Shown: positions 26,656-36,579 of the stretch, one piece after another
Numbering within the stretch: position 1 is the first letter of the stretch
How the letters are laid out: the number at the start of each line of letters is the position of its first letter
DNA from: Polyangiaceae bacterium
GTDB taxonomy: Bacteria > Myxococcota_A > Polyangia > Polyangiales > Polyangiaceae
Assembly: GCA_947502375.1 (NCBI GenBank)
Contig: CANMZR010000001.1
Location: 4,886-68,885, forward strand
Direction of reading: 5' to 3'
DNA length: 64,000 nucleotides
Made by a program: the position numbers and the translations under genes
Notes under the pieces: model-generated
Database searches by the model: none
What the model saw: the letters and a program-made list of their open reading frames with translations, nothing else
What the model was told of the DNA's origin: nothing

Positions 26656-29600
26656 ATGCTTTTACGCGGGCTCCTTCCCCGTGCCGTCATCGGGGCGCTG
26701 TGTTTGCTTGGCGGGGCCGGCTGTGCTGAACCGGCCGAGTCGCTGAGATCCTATTCCTCGGCCCTGGCCGATGGCGCTTCGGACCCGCTCCAGCTCTGGC
26801 AAGTTCGCCTCGAGGGGCTTTCAGCCGCGGACGTATGGCTGGCCCAAGGAACCGGCGACAGGGCACTCAGGTCGCGGATTCGACTCCGCGCGCTCGAGGC
26901 TGAACATGCGCGGCTTCGCCCGACGATTGGAGCGCATGGAACCATCGTTGGCGAGCTCACCCGCCTGACGAATGGGATGCTGGTGCTGGCAACCGACGAC
27001 GATGCCGCACGCCTGCAAAAGGAGCCAGGGGTGCTCGAGGTGACTCGCGCGCCGCTCTACCGACCGAGCCTCGCGAGCGCGGTGCCGGTGACCGGAGCGC
27101 CGACCGCCTGGACGGGCGTGAACGGTGTTCACGGCGAGGGCGTCCGCATCGGCATCATCGATTCCGGCATCGACTACACCCACGCCGACTTCGGTGGCAG
27201 CGGTGACGCTAGCGAGTACGAAGCGAACAATCGCGAGCTCGTCGAGCCCGGCAGCTTCCCCACGACCCGAGTCATCGGAGGCTGGGACTTTGCCGGCGAC
27301 GCCTACGACGCGGGCAACCCGAAGGCGAACACGCCGGCCCCCGATGCCGACCCGCTCGATTGCAACAAGGGCACGAACGGCGAGTTCGCCGGCGGCCACG
27401 GAACGCACGTCGCGGGGATCGCGGCCGGTAACGGCGTCACTCCGGCGGGGCTCTCCTACGCAGGGAATTACGACGCGACGCTGGCGCTCAGCACCTTTTC
27501 GGTCGCGCCGGGAGTCGCTCCCCGGGCGTCGCTCGTCGCCTTACGGGTGTTCGGCTGCAACGGCTCGAGTGGGCTCATCCCGCTCGCACTCGAGCGCGCC
27601 GCGGATCCGAATCTCGACGGCGACTTCAGCGACCGCCTCGACGTGGTCAACATGTCGCTCGGCGGCGCGTACGGGCTCGGCGCTAGCACCGAGGTGAAGG
27701 CGACGGACACCCTCTTCAAACTCGGTACGCTCATCGTCGTCGCTGCCGGCAACGATGGCGATGCGTTCTTCGACGGCGGTGCGCCCGGAACGCTGCGCCA
27801 GGTGCTCACGGTGGCGGCCAGCGAAGACCGTCCGTGGGTACCCCTTCACGTCGAAGCGCCCGCGTCGATTGCCGGGAGCTTTCCTTCCGCCGAGGGCCCC
27901 GTGTCCACGCCGCTCGTCGCCGTTGGCACTGTCACGGGAGAGCTCACGGCGTCCAGTCCGACGAACGGCTGCGCCCCCTTCGACAACGCGAGCGAGGTGA
28001 CCGGACGCATTGCCCTCATCGACCGCGGGTCGTGCCCGTTCATCACGAAGCTCGCGAATGCCCTGGCGGCTGGAGCCCTCGCGGCGGTGGTCGTCGATGA
28101 CCAAGACTCGAACGAGCCGTTCGTCATGGGGGGCCCCGGCTCCGTCGCCATTGCGGCGGTCTTGATCCGACAAAACGATGGTAAAAAGCTGAGAGAAAAG
28201 CTTGCCATGGGCGTTACGCTCCGGCTCGTCGGCGGGGAGCGTTACCAAGGCCCGGGCGCCGAACCTGTCGCCGGCTTCAGCTCGCGTGGTCCCTCGATCG
28301 ATGACCTCAGGTTGAAGCCGGACATCAGCGCTCCAGGCGCCGATATCCTCTCGGCAAAAGTTGGCAGCGGAACCGCGGGGGTCGTCATGTTTGGCACCTC
28401 GATGGCGTGCCCGATGGCGGCCGGCGCGGCGGCACTCACTCGACAAGCTCATCCCACTTTCGGCCCCGGGGACATCAAGGCCCTCTTGATGAACACGGCG
28501 GTGACGCTCCGCGCATCGAACGGAATGCCTTTCCCCCTGACACGCCAAGGCTCAGGTCGCGTCGCCGTCGATGCCGCCACCGAGAGCCAAGTCACCCTCC
28601 GTTCCGACAGCCAACTCGGTGACGTCGCCGTCGCCTTTGGCGCCGTCATTTCGGACATCCCCGTGACGAAGAAGGCCAGCGTGCTCGTCGAAAACCACGG
28701 CGATCACACGCAGAAGTTCGCCCTCACAGTCGAGCCGCTCGACGCTCTGCCAGGCGTTCTCGTGACGGTGGCGCCGACGTCGTTGACGCTCTCGGCGGGA
28801 GCCAAGGCGACGCTCGAGGTGACCCTCGACTTCGAGCCCTCGCTCCTCGGAGATCCACCGCCCGACGCCCTGACGCCCGTCGCGCAGGCCGATTACGCTC
28901 GACACTACTTGAACGAAGCGATGGGGCACGTCCGCCTTACGAGCGCCGAGGGAACGCTTGGACTTCCGTATTACGCGGTGCTGCGAGCCGCGGCAGACCA
29001 ACATGCGGAGCTCCCCATTGGCTGCGAAACCAACCAGCGCTCCGGAGACTTCGCCATCCCCCTGAAGGGCCCCTCGGCGCACCCATCCCCACTCATGACC
29101 GCCTTTGAGCTAGGGACGCTTGACGAAGCAAACGCGGTGTCCGCAGGGAACCCAGCCGTTGCCGCAACGGACCTCCGAGCTGTTGGCATTGCGAGTGATT
29201 TTGCTACGAAAGGCGCCATCGACGAGACGACCTTGTTCTTCGCGGTGGTCGTTGCAGGCCCCTTTGCGACTCCGGCGGCCGGCCCGTTCGCCCCGATCGG
29301 GATCCACATCGACAGCGACGCGGACAAGGCCTTCGAGTGGACGCTGAGCGTCGTCCCCTATGGAAGCCAGCCCCCTTACCTGGACGTGCTGGTCACGGTG
29401 GTCACGAATGCCAAAGGGGAACAGGTCGGGGAGCGCCGGTTCGTCAACATCGTCCCTCGAAGCCAGGCCGACTCGGCACCCTTCGTCAATCAAGTGCTCG
29501 TGTTGCCGGTCTTCGCACGCGACATCGGAGTGACTGCGGAGAAGACCACGTTTCGTTACGCCGCTTTCGCCGATCGCCTCGAGACGCCGACCTATGACGA

Positions 29601-30294
29601 CACGACCATCCCGGTCGAGTACGACGTCGCACACCCGTTGCTCGACACCGCCGTGCTCGCACCGAACGCGGGACGCCCGGTCTTTTTAAACGGGGAGCCG
29701 GTTCGAGTTCGCGTGCGGCCCAAGGCCGTCGACGAGGGCCCGCTGCCGAGCGTTCTCCTCCTGCATCACAACAACCGGCTCGACGCCTCATGGGAACAGA
29801 TCCCGCTCGATGGAGCGAGGCACGAGGAACTGCAACTCAGCGTTGACACGCGGCCTAGCAAGACCACGCGCGTCGTCCGAATGGTGACGATCGCCAACCC
29901 CGGGACCAGCCCTGTCGAGGGCATCAACCTCACGGGCTCGTACGCGGACGCCAAGCTCGTGCTCGTGGCACCGTCGCAGGGAAGCTGTGTGAATGCGACC
30001 ATCGCCTGCTCGCTTGGGCGCATCGAGCCGGGGCAGCAGTTGACGGTAACCCTGGAATTCGACGCCCAAGGAGCCGTGCCGCTGGAACTTCAGACGACCA
30101 CCCAAAGTGGTTGTGTGACCAAGACGAGCGCCAGCCTCGGGCATTCACCAACGGTCGCGCCACCGAACAGCGTCGTATCGGGGGGCTGCACCTGCAGCGT
30201 CCAGGACCGCGCCGGCGATCGGTCCGGCGGTGGTTGGGGTGCGCTGCTCGGCGCCGTCTGGCTTCTTCGCCGCCGAGAACGACGACGCCGTTGA
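26656..30294 (+). CDS. Large subtilisin-family (S8) serine protease lipoprotein with a PA-domain insert and a MYXO-CTERM-type C-terminal sorting tail
   Basis: 1212 aa with a lipoprotein-like signal (LLGGAGC). Catalytic triad motifs: IGIIDSGIDYTHADF (D), GHGTHVAGIAAGNG (H), GTSMACPMAAGAAAL (S). The C-terminus is SGGCTCSV...GGGWGALLGAVWLLRRRERRRR. Confidence 0.9.
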   Translation: MLLRGLLPRAVIGALCLLGGAGCAEPAESLRSYSSALADGASDPLQLWQVRLEGLSAADVWLAQGTGDRALRSRIRLRALEAEHARLRPTIGAHGTIVGELTRLTNGMLVLATDDDAARLQKEPGVLEVTRAPLYRPSLASAVPVTGAPTAWTGVNGVHGEGVRIGIIDSGIDYTHADFGGSGDASEYEANNRELVEPGSFPTTRVIGGWDFAGDAYDAGNPKANTPAPDADPLDCNKGTNGEFAGGHGTHVAGIAAGNGVTPAGLSYAGNYDATLALSTFSVAPGVAPRASLVALRVFGCNGSSGLIPLALERAADPNLDGDFSDRLDVVNMSLGGAYGLGASTEVKATDTLFKLGTLIVVAAGNDGDAFFDGGAPGTLRQVLTVAASEDRPWVPLHVEAPASIAGSFPSAEGPVSTPLVAVGTVTGELTASSPTNGCAPFDNASEVTGRIALIDRGSCPFITKLANALAAGALAAVVVDDQDSNEPFVMGGPGSVAIAAVLIRQNDGKKLREKLAMGVTLRLVGGERYQGPGAEPVAGFSSRGPSIDDLRLKPDISAPGADILSAKVGSGTAGVVMFGTSMACPMAAGAAALTRQAHPTFGPGDIKALLMNTAVTLRASNGMPFPLTRQGSGRVAVDAATESQVTLRSDSQLGDVAVAFGAVISDIPVTKKASVLVENHGDHTQKFALTVEPLDALPGVLVTVAPTSLTLSAGAKATLEVTLDFEPSLLGDPPPDALTPVAQADYARHYLNEAMGHVRLTSAEGTLGLPYYAVLRAAADQHAELPIGCETNQRSGDFAIPLKGPSAHPSPLMTAFELGTLDEANAVSAGNPAVAATDLRAVGIASDFATKGAIDETTLFFAVVVAGPFATPAAGPFAPIGIHIDSDADKAFEWTLSVVPYGSQPPYLDVLVTVVTNAKGEQVGERRFVNIVPRSQADSAPFVNQVLVLPVFARDIGVTAEKTTFRYAAFADRLETPTYDDTTIPVEYDVAHPLLDTAVLAPNAGRPVFLNGEPVRVRVRPKAVDEGPLPSVLLLHHNNRLDASWEQIPLDGARHEELQLSVDTRPSKTTRVVRMVTIANPGTSPVEGINLTGSYADAKLVLVAPSQGSCVNATIACSLGRIEPGQQLTVTLEFDAQGAVPLELQTTTQSGCVTKTSASLGHSPTVAPPNSVVSGGCTCSVQDRAGDRSGGGWGALLGAVWLLRRRERRRR

Positions 30295-30417
30295 ATCAAA
30301 GTCCGGCGGCGCTGAAGCGAAGTGCCGTCCGCGTGGTTACGTTGCAGAGACGCAGGGCATCCTCAACGCGGAACCGCGAGACCTGATGCGCCCCCGTCAT
30401 TCGTAGAAGGAGCCAGC

Positions 30418-30825
30418 ATGCGACGTCATTCGGAGGCATTTCGAGAAGCAGCCGAGCGCAAACGCAAACAAGACGAAGCGCCGAGGCTGCGCGATGCGGT
30501 GCCGACCCTGCTTCAGCTCGACCTCCAGGTGATCGAGGAGCGGGCCAACGTCCCCGGACACGAGGTCCGCCACAAGCGCGTGATCATCATCGAGCGCGCG
30601 CCAGCGTTGTTTGAGTTCGCCTGCTCGGACCGAGAATGCAACGACGGCGGCCATGACCTCAGCGGCTTGGTACTCAAAGAACTGGGAGCTGGCAGCGCAC
30701 TCTTTCACGGCGTTCATCGCTGCGGGGGACACACCCGCGACGGCGAATGCGCTTATGAGCTGCGCTTCGAAGCCCATGCGACGTACCGCGATGGGCCACG
30801 AGCGCCCGTGAATAATCCGGACTAG
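30418..30825 (+). CDS. Hypothetical small Cys/His-rich protein
   Basis: 135 aa from the ATG at 30418, preceded by GAAGGAG. CSDRECNDGGHD and HRCGGHTRDGEC suggest metal binding. No family recognised. Confidence 0.5.
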   Translation: MRRHSEAFREAAERKRKQDEAPRLRDAVPTLLQLDLQVIEERANVPGHEVRHKRVIIIERAPALFEFACSDRECNDGGHDLSGLVLKELGAGSALFHGVHRCGGHTRDGECAYELRFEAHATYRDGPRAPVNNPD

Positions 30826-31033
30826 TGAGACCCTCGCCGAAAAGCTGCTGCGCGCCAAATCCCGTCGGGCGGGTTCGCGGAAGGGACCGGAAGTGCCTAT
30901 CGCTCGCGCATGTTACTTAATAAAAAAATGCCTAGGGATTCGTCGCTCGCGACGCTTTTGGGCGAGGGCCCCCCGCGTTGGCAATTTGCAAAAGCCAGTA
31001 AGGCTAGGGCCTTTTCGGCGAGGGTCTAGTGAG
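30822..31033. mobile_element. MITE-like element: 196-bp body with perfect 15-bp terminal inverted repeats, flanked by an 8-bp direct repeat
   Basis: TIRs ACCCTCGCCGAAAAG (30830-30844) and CTTTTCGGCGAGGGT (31011-31025). Direct repeat CTAGTGAG at 30822-29 and 31026-33. The interior is visibly AT-richer and holds a third degenerate TIR copy (30953-30969). Confidence 0.5.
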
Positions 31034-31745
31034 TAGCGGCATTCTTTTGTGCGGTGGCCTCGACGACGGAGTCTTGCGCGCCCAAACCTTCCAGCCACTT
31101 CACGACGGTTTGCGTGCGCGGATCGACGACGACGAAGGACGGCGTACCAAAGGAGCTCTTCCCGGAAGGCAGCAATTGATAGCCCGGATCGGCGACGACG
31201 TGCACGGTCTTGAAGTTGTGTTTGTCACGCCATTCCTTGGCACCCGCGACAGTCGGCGGACCCGCGCCATCGGGTCCGGTCACCAACGTCGTGACCCACG
31301 CGACGCCGTAACCCTTCGCACGCCAAGCTGCGAGACGACCCTCGAGCGTCGCGGCGTCCTGCTCGCACGACCCGCAGTAAAATTTCGCCATCTCGAAGAC
31401 CACGACATCGAAGCCCTTTGAACCGTTGCAGTCAAAAAAGTCGCTCGCGTTGACCGTGACGACGTCATCACTTCCAGGGGCATAGCCTTGCCATTTGAGC
31501 GTGCTTGGCAATTGCTTTGCATCCGCGACACCCGGATCGGCCGGAGTGTAGGCGCAGTTGAGGGTGGCCGTCGGCAAGGCCGAATGGGCGCCATCCGCGT
31601 CCGCGCCCGTCGACGGAGTCCCGGTCGCGTTCGCATCGTCCACCGATACATCGCTGCCGCCGACGAGCTCATTGCAGCCAAACTGCATCCCTAGGGTGGC
31701 GAAGGAGAGACAGACAACGCCCGTCGAATAGCGTAGCGATCGCAT
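31026..31745 (-). CDS. Thioredoxin-fold (TlpA/redoxin-like) CxxC lipoprotein
   Basis: 239 aa from the internal ATG at 31745, with a lipoprotein signal (VVCLSFATLGMQFGC). The redox motif FYCGSCEQD sits in a TlpA-like context (FDVVVFEMAKFYCGSC...GYGVAWVT...PSFVVVDPRTQ). The ORF-track start at 31925 would overlap the WYL gene. Confidence 0.75.
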   Translation of the reverse strand: MRSLRYSTGVVCLSFATLGMQFGCNELVGGSDVSVDDANATGTPSTGADADGAHSALPTATLNCAYTPADPGVADAKQLPSTLKWQGYAPGSDDVVTVNASDFFDCNGSKGFDVVVFEMAKFYCGSCEQDAATLEGRLAAWRAKGYGVAWVTTLVTGPDGAGPPTVAGAKEWRDKHNFKTVHVVADPGYQLLPSGKSSFGTPSFVVVDPRTQTVVKWLEGLGAQDSVVEATAQKNAATH

Positions 31746-31898
31746 GAGGTCAGAGTAGGCGTCCCCGTTGCAATCGGCAAGCACGGCTGCATGGGCCACC
31801 AGGGTGCGCTTTGCGTCACGGTAAAGGAACTCCGCGCCTCGGGAAGCCAAGAGCACTTGCCAGGACGAAGGCTCACCGTTAGGCAGGGCGCGAGACGC

Positions 31899-32936
31899 AT
31901 GAACCGGCCCGCTGATATTCAGCAACTTCTACGCACGTTGATCCCACGGGAGCCGGACCGGGTTTCGACCCCCGAACTCGCGCGGTTGCTCTCGTTCCAA
32001 GGGCTCCGGCATTCCGCTCGCTGGCTGCAGAAGACCTGCGCGGACCTCGCTCGGGGGGAACCCGACATGGTGTGCCACGACGCGACGAAGCCCTTCCAAT
32101 GGTCTTGGAAAAGGGATGCCAAAATGCGCGAGTATCCGCCGATGAACGCCCATGCGGCCCTCACGTTGCGGATCGCGTTTGAACAGGCAAAACACTTGCT
32201 TCCGGCGGCCACCTTCGAGCATCTCAAGCACCAGCAACGGCGCGCCGAAGAGGTTTTGAGCGGCTCGGCGACCATGCGCTCTTGGCGGAAAAAGATTCGC
32301 GTTTTACCGCGTGGGCTACCTCAATTGCCCCCGATCATCGATGCCGAGGTCTTGCGCGTCGTCTACGAGACACTGCTCGCGGATCAGTGCCTGCTCGTGG
32401 ACTACCGAGGCCGGAACAAGTCCGAGGGTGAACGCTACGAAGTGACGCCGCTCGTGCTCGTATCGCGAGAAGTGGTGATGACTCTCGTGTGCACGATCGC
32501 CGGACGCGAGGGAGTGCGTCAACTTCACCTGCACCGCATGCGCGCCGCGACCAACATTGGGGGTAAGCGCATCGTGCCTCGGGACTTCAACATCGACGAC
32601 CACATTCGGCGCGGCAACCTCGCCTTCAGCAAAGGCGAAGAACCCATCAAACTGCGACTGCAGCTGCACCCCGACGTGACCCCGACGCTCGATGAGCTTC
32701 GGCTGGCACAGGACCAAGTGCTGTCCATTCAGCCAGATGGCTCGGCGCTGCTGGTGGCAACAGTCGCGAACACGCTCGAGCTTCGCGGCTGGCTCAAGAG
32801 CTATGGGCCGAAGCTCGAAGTGCTCGGACCACCCGAACTACGACGCGAGATCGCGGACGAACTGCGAGCGGCGGCCGACCTTTACGCGAAGACCAAAGAA
32901 GGGTCGAAACGGACGGCCGCGTTGCCGCGACCATAG
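31899..32936 (+). CDS. WYL-domain transcriptional regulator (HTH-WYL-WCX architecture)
   Basis: 345 aa from the ATG at 31899. N-terminal wHTH-like segment, a central WYL-like core (LLVDYRGRNKSEGERYEVTPLVLVSREVVMTLVC), and a C-terminal LELRGWLKSYGPKLEVLGPPELRREI typical of WCX. Confidence 0.7.
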   Translation: MNRPADIQQLLRTLIPREPDRVSTPELARLLSFQGLRHSARWLQKTCADLARGEPDMVCHDATKPFQWSWKRDAKMREYPPMNAHAALTLRIAFEQAKHLLPAATFEHLKHQQRRAEEVLSGSATMRSWRKKIRVLPRGLPQLPPIIDAEVLRVVYETLLADQCLLVDYRGRNKSEGERYEVTPLVLVSREVVMTLVCTIAGREGVRQLHLHRMRAATNIGGKRIVPRDFNIDDHIRRGNLAFSKGEEPIKLRLQLHPDVTPTLDELRLAQDQVLSIQPDGSALLVATVANTLELRGWLKSYGPKLEVLGPPELRREIADELRAAADLYAKTKEGSKRTAALPRP

Positions 32937-33063
32937 GCTTTCGCGAACCTTGTTCGAGCTTACGTACGGCTGAAGCGCGGCCTCTTTCGGCCATGAGCTT
33001 TCGGCGCGCGGTCTCTGCTTCGGTGACGCTCGCGAAGGGCTTCACGGGGCAGCCCAAAAACGA

Positions 33064-33783
33064 CTAGAGATCGAAGTAACCACAGGGCGGCAACCCGAGC
33101 TTGGCGGCCTTGGCGGCGCCGCGAAACACGTAGTCCGCATAGAGATAGGGCTCCTCTGACCACACCAGAAACTCCTCCGACAGGACACCATTTCGTGCCC
33201 CGCGCGTCAGCTCCGGGGCCGCGAGGATCGGGCCCTCTTGATAGATGAGAACAGCAGGATCGCTCTCCTCATCGGTGTCTTTCAGTGCGTCGATTGCGCC
33301 CGCGTGACGCTCGGCGTCGAGCTTATCGACAGGGAGCAACACCCAATCGAGCAAGAGCAACTCCGGGTGGGGCGGCTCTTCTGGCGAACCGTGCCAGGGC
33401 TCGTGCTCGCCGACGGAGAGTCCGGCGCTCACCAACACGTCGAGCAAGCGCTCGCGGGCGGTCGCACCGTCTTGCTCGGCAGACCAAAACACCGTAAGCG
33501 CGGTGTGGACTTCGTCGATGGTCGCCGCGCGGTGAAGCCGCGGATCGCGTGACGTGGGATCGAGGCCCGGCTCACGACGGCGCTGAGCCTCGAAGGCCGC
33601 GGCATGCGGAGCAAACGTCGGATGCTGGGCGAGGGCGGCATCGACGGCCCAGTGGATCCGATGGTCCACCTCGTGGACGTAGCGATGTTTGCCGAGAGCG
33701 CGCACCAAACGCGTGACCTCTTCCACGGTTCTGGCAGCGAACGACCAGGCGAGCATCATTGGAAGGCAGAGCCCACGGTGCAA
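33064..33783 (-). CDS. Hypothetical protein
   Basis: 239-aa ORF on the strand opposite its two neighbours (convergent with the WYL regulator gene, divergent from the kinase gene). No family recognised; start uncertain. Confidence 0.4.
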   Translation of the reverse strand: MHRGLCLPMMLAWSFAARTVEEVTRLVRALGKHRYVHEVDHRIHWAVDAALAQHPTFAPHAAAFEAQRRREPGLDPTSRDPRLHRAATIDEVHTALTVFWSAEQDGATARERLLDVLVSAGLSVGEHEPWHGSPEEPPHPELLLLDWVLLPVDKLDAERHAGAIDALKDTDEESDPAVLIYQEGPILAAPELTRGARNGVLSEEFLVWSEEPYLYADYVFRGAAKAAKLGLPPCGYFDL

Positions 33784-34101
33784 TCATCCATCGAGGCCGC
33801 GCGGCGGATGTCGCAGCCTTCGGGAAGCGGGAAACACACGCGCACAGCGAAGCTCCTGATTTTCATGCGACGCGAACTGTCAACCGTATCGGCCTGCCCT
33901 GTCGACCCTTTCGTGCATCCAAACGCTCGTCCCGAAGGGCATGGCAGGTGACGAGCGGGTGACGGCGTGCCGAGCGTGTGCGCCCCGATGAAAGCGGAAA
34001 CTGGGTTTCCAAAGGCCAAGCGCAGGCACGTCCGAGCCGCGGTTCAACAAAGCCGGCGAGGAAGCATTTTTGCTTTATTTTGGGTGTGTTAACGTCCCAG
34101 C

Positions 34102-35358
34102 GTGTCAACCTCGCTATCGACAGAGACCCTTGGGCTTTCAAAGACCATCGCGGCACCGCGCGTCGCCTTGCCTTCGGAAGTGCCCAAGGCCAGTTTGATG
34201 CCGACAGGGGGCCGCACGGGGGCCACGTCGACGCTACCTCGTGTTTCGATCGACGGCGAACGCGTCCAGGTCGAGACGGGCGCGGGGCCGCGCTACGTCC
34301 CTTTGAAATCGCTCGGAGTGGGCGGCATGGGCGAGGTCACGCTGGTCGACGACCGGGACATCGGACGCAAAGTTGCACGGAAAAGGCTGCTCCCAGGAAG
34401 TGGCGCGCCGGACGTGATTCGCTTCGTCGATGAGGTGCGCATCATCGGAAAGCTCGACCATCCAGGCATCGTTCCCATCCACGATGTCGGACTCGACGAG
34501 GACGGTGAGTTTTTCTACGTGATGAAATACGTCGATGGCGAGACCCTCGAGGCCATCATTGAACGCATCGCCGCGCGCGATCCTGCGACAATCGCGCACT
34601 GGGACTCAACACGGCGCATCGAGGTCATGATTGCCGTTTTGCACGCGCTCGAGCACGCTCACGCGAAAGGTATCTTGCACCGCGACATCAAGCCAGCGAA
34701 CGTAATGGTGGGTCCATGCGGTGAAGTTCTGCTGCTGGACTGGGGCGTCGCGCGCCCGATGAAAAACTTCAGCGAAGGACGACAGGCTCTCGCAACGGGA
34801 CCGGCGGACAACGGCAACGGCACCAGCACCAGCACCAGCACGCGGATGGCGGATACCCAGTCAGGCACGCTCATCGGGACGCCGATTTTTATGTCACCGG
34901 AACAAGCCAGCGGAGCCACGGACACGCTCGACGGCCGTAGCGATCTCTATTCCGTCTGCCTCATGTTTCATGAATTTCTTTGCGGAGAACACCTTCACGA
35001 CGACGTCGCAGATCTGAACGCTCTCATCCTCCGCGTGATGACCATGGTCGCCCCTTCATGGCACGCCCTCCACAAGCGGTACGGGATCCCGGTCGCCCTC
35101 GGCTACTTTCTCGAAAAAGGCCTTCAGCACGCCCCGGCAGACCGGTGGCAGAGCGCTCGCGAGATGCTCGAGGAGCTGCGCGCCATCCGTGACGGACGCT
35201 GCCGCTCGCAATGTCTGGTTACTTTCAGCGAGCGCACGTTGGGCGACCTCAGCACTCAATTTCGGCGGCGCCCCATCGCGCTGCTCGTTGGATTCGGAGT
35301 CGCTGTGTGCCTCTTTCTAGGACTGGCCATCTTCAGCGCGTATCACCTCTTTAAGTAG
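34102..35358 (+). CDS. Hanks-type Ser/Thr protein kinase with a C-terminal TM anchor
   Basis: G-loop GVGGMGEV, VARKRL (Lys), HRDIKPANVMV, DWGVA, SPEQ. The C-terminus has a hydrophobic helix (LLVGFGVAVCLFLGLAIFSAY). GTG start uncertain. Confidence 0.88.
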   Translation: MSTSLSTETLGLSKTIAAPRVALPSEVPKASLMPTGGRTGATSTLPRVSIDGERVQVETGAGPRYVPLKSLGVGGMGEVTLVDDRDIGRKVARKRLLPGSGAPDVIRFVDEVRIIGKLDHPGIVPIHDVGLDEDGEFFYVMKYVDGETLEAIIERIAARDPATIAHWDSTRRIEVMIAVLHALEHAHAKGILHRDIKPANVMVGPCGEVLLLDWGVARPMKNFSEGRQALATGPADNGNGTSTSTSTRMADTQSGTLIGTPIFMSPEQASGATDTLDGRSDLYSVCLMFHEFLCGEHLHDDVADLNALILRVMTMVAPSWHALHKRYGIPVALGYFLEKGLQHAPADRWQSAREMLEELRAIRDGRCRSQCLVTFSERTLGDLSTQFRRRPIALLVGFGVAVCLFLGLAIFSAYHLFK

Positions 35359-35463
35359 GCCTCTGAGAACGCGCTCAGCCCCGAGTGGCCTCGACACTTC
35401 CACGCGTTTTACAAGGGACGACTTGCCCCGCGAGCCTCCCGCTGGGCCTCGAAACGGTGCGAG

Positions 35464-36579
35464 TCAGTTTTTCTTCGCGGTCGCGTACGCGAGGACACGC
35501 AGACCGGGGACGAGGTCCTTCGCGTCGTCTAGATCGAGCAAAACCTCTAGAATTTTGGTGTCGATGCGCTCAATGGGATCGTCGCTGCGCACGTTCTTAC
35601 GGCCCATGCGATGCCCGATTTCCATCACCTTGCCGCTGAAGCGACGACCCGGGAACGCATCCGCGGTCACGAAGGCCGGCGCACCTACGACGACTCGCCC
35701 GACATCGCGTTCGTCGAGATCCATCCGCACCCGCAACTTGGTCGTGTCTCCGAGCACGAAGAGCGGCTCGACGCCGGTCGGTTGGTAGTACTCGCCCACT
35801 CGAAACTTCACCTGAAGCACGTCGCCTGCGGTCGGTGCCTTCAGCACGAGCCGTTCGAGACGCACCTTCGCTTCGTCGCGTTGCGCCGTCGCTGTCGCTA
35901 CCTTCGCGCGCTGCAGGGCCACGTCTTCCCAGCGTGAACCACGATGAACGAGCGCCGCCCGCGCCAGCGAGGCCTTCGACGCTTCGAGGTCAGCCGCCGC
36001 CGCGAGTCGCGCACGGTCCACCTCGTCCCCGGAGGCCGCGCCCGAAGCGCCGAGCGGCGCGAGACGGGACAGCACCCGCGCGGACAAGTCAGCCCGAGCT
36101 TTCGCAGCCGCGCTCTCGCGTTCAGCCGCCTCGATCTCCTCCGCCCTGGAGCCTGCTTGCACCTTGGCAAGCTCCGCTTCGGCTTGATGAATCGCAGCCT
36201 CCGCGGACACCAGGGAGGCTTTCTCGGGTTCGTTCGCCAACTCGAGCATGAGCTTTCCAGCTTCGACTCGCTCGCCTTCCTTCACGAAGATAGCGGCAAC
36301 GACTCCGGGCACCTGCGCCGCGACTTTGGTCTCTTTGCCGTAGGTCTCGACCAGGCCGTTCCCGGCCAGCAAATCACCCGTCGGGGTCTCGATCTTCAAG
36401 TCTCCTCCAGGCCCTTGGGGCGGAATGATTCGCTCCGCCTTCACGAGGTCGTTCTTCCGGGGCACCGTCGCCGGACCGGCCGTCACCGCGCGGTAGATGG
36501 AGCTTATCGCGAACGCGCCGCCAACGACGAGCGCGCCATAACGTGCAACTTTATAGAGCTTTTGCTTCACATCACTCAT
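35464..36579 (-). CDS. HlyD/MacA-family periplasmic adaptor (membrane fusion protein)
   Basis: 371 aa with an N-terminal TM segment, a lipoyl/barrel-sandwich region (AAQVPGVVAAIFVKEGERVEAGKLMLEL), a long coiled-coil hairpin and a C-terminal beta-barrel. Confidence 0.85.
   Translation of the reverse strand: MSDVKQKLYKVARYGALVVGGAFAISSIYRAVTAGPATVPRKNDLVKAERIIPPQGPGGDLKIETPTGDLLAGNGLVETYGKETKVAAQVPGVVAAIFVKEGERVEAGKLMLELANEPEKASLVSAEAAIHQAEAELAKVQAGSRAEEIEAAERESAAAKARADLSARVLSRLAPLGASGAASGDEVDRARLAAAADLEASKASLARAALVHRGSRWEDVALQRAKVATATAQRDEAKVRLERLVLKAPTAGDVLQVKFRVGEYYQPTGVEPLFVLGDTTKLRVRMDLDERDVGRVVVGAPAFVTADAFPGRRFSGKVMEIGHRMGRKNVRSDDPIERIDTKILEVLLDLDDAKDLVPGLRVLAYATAKKN

Noticed and set aside
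31746-31925. Using the ORF-track start (31925) for the redoxin lipoprotein
   Set aside because: It would overlap the WYL regulator start by 27 nt and add 60 aa ahead of a clear lipoprotein signal peptide that begins at the internal ATG (31745).
33784-34101. 318-bp intergenic region upstream of the kinase gene inspected for a tRNA or other RNA gene (including a possible selC)
   Set aside because: No T-arm (GGTTCGAATCC-like) or cloverleaf pairing could be found by eye, so nothing there is supportable.
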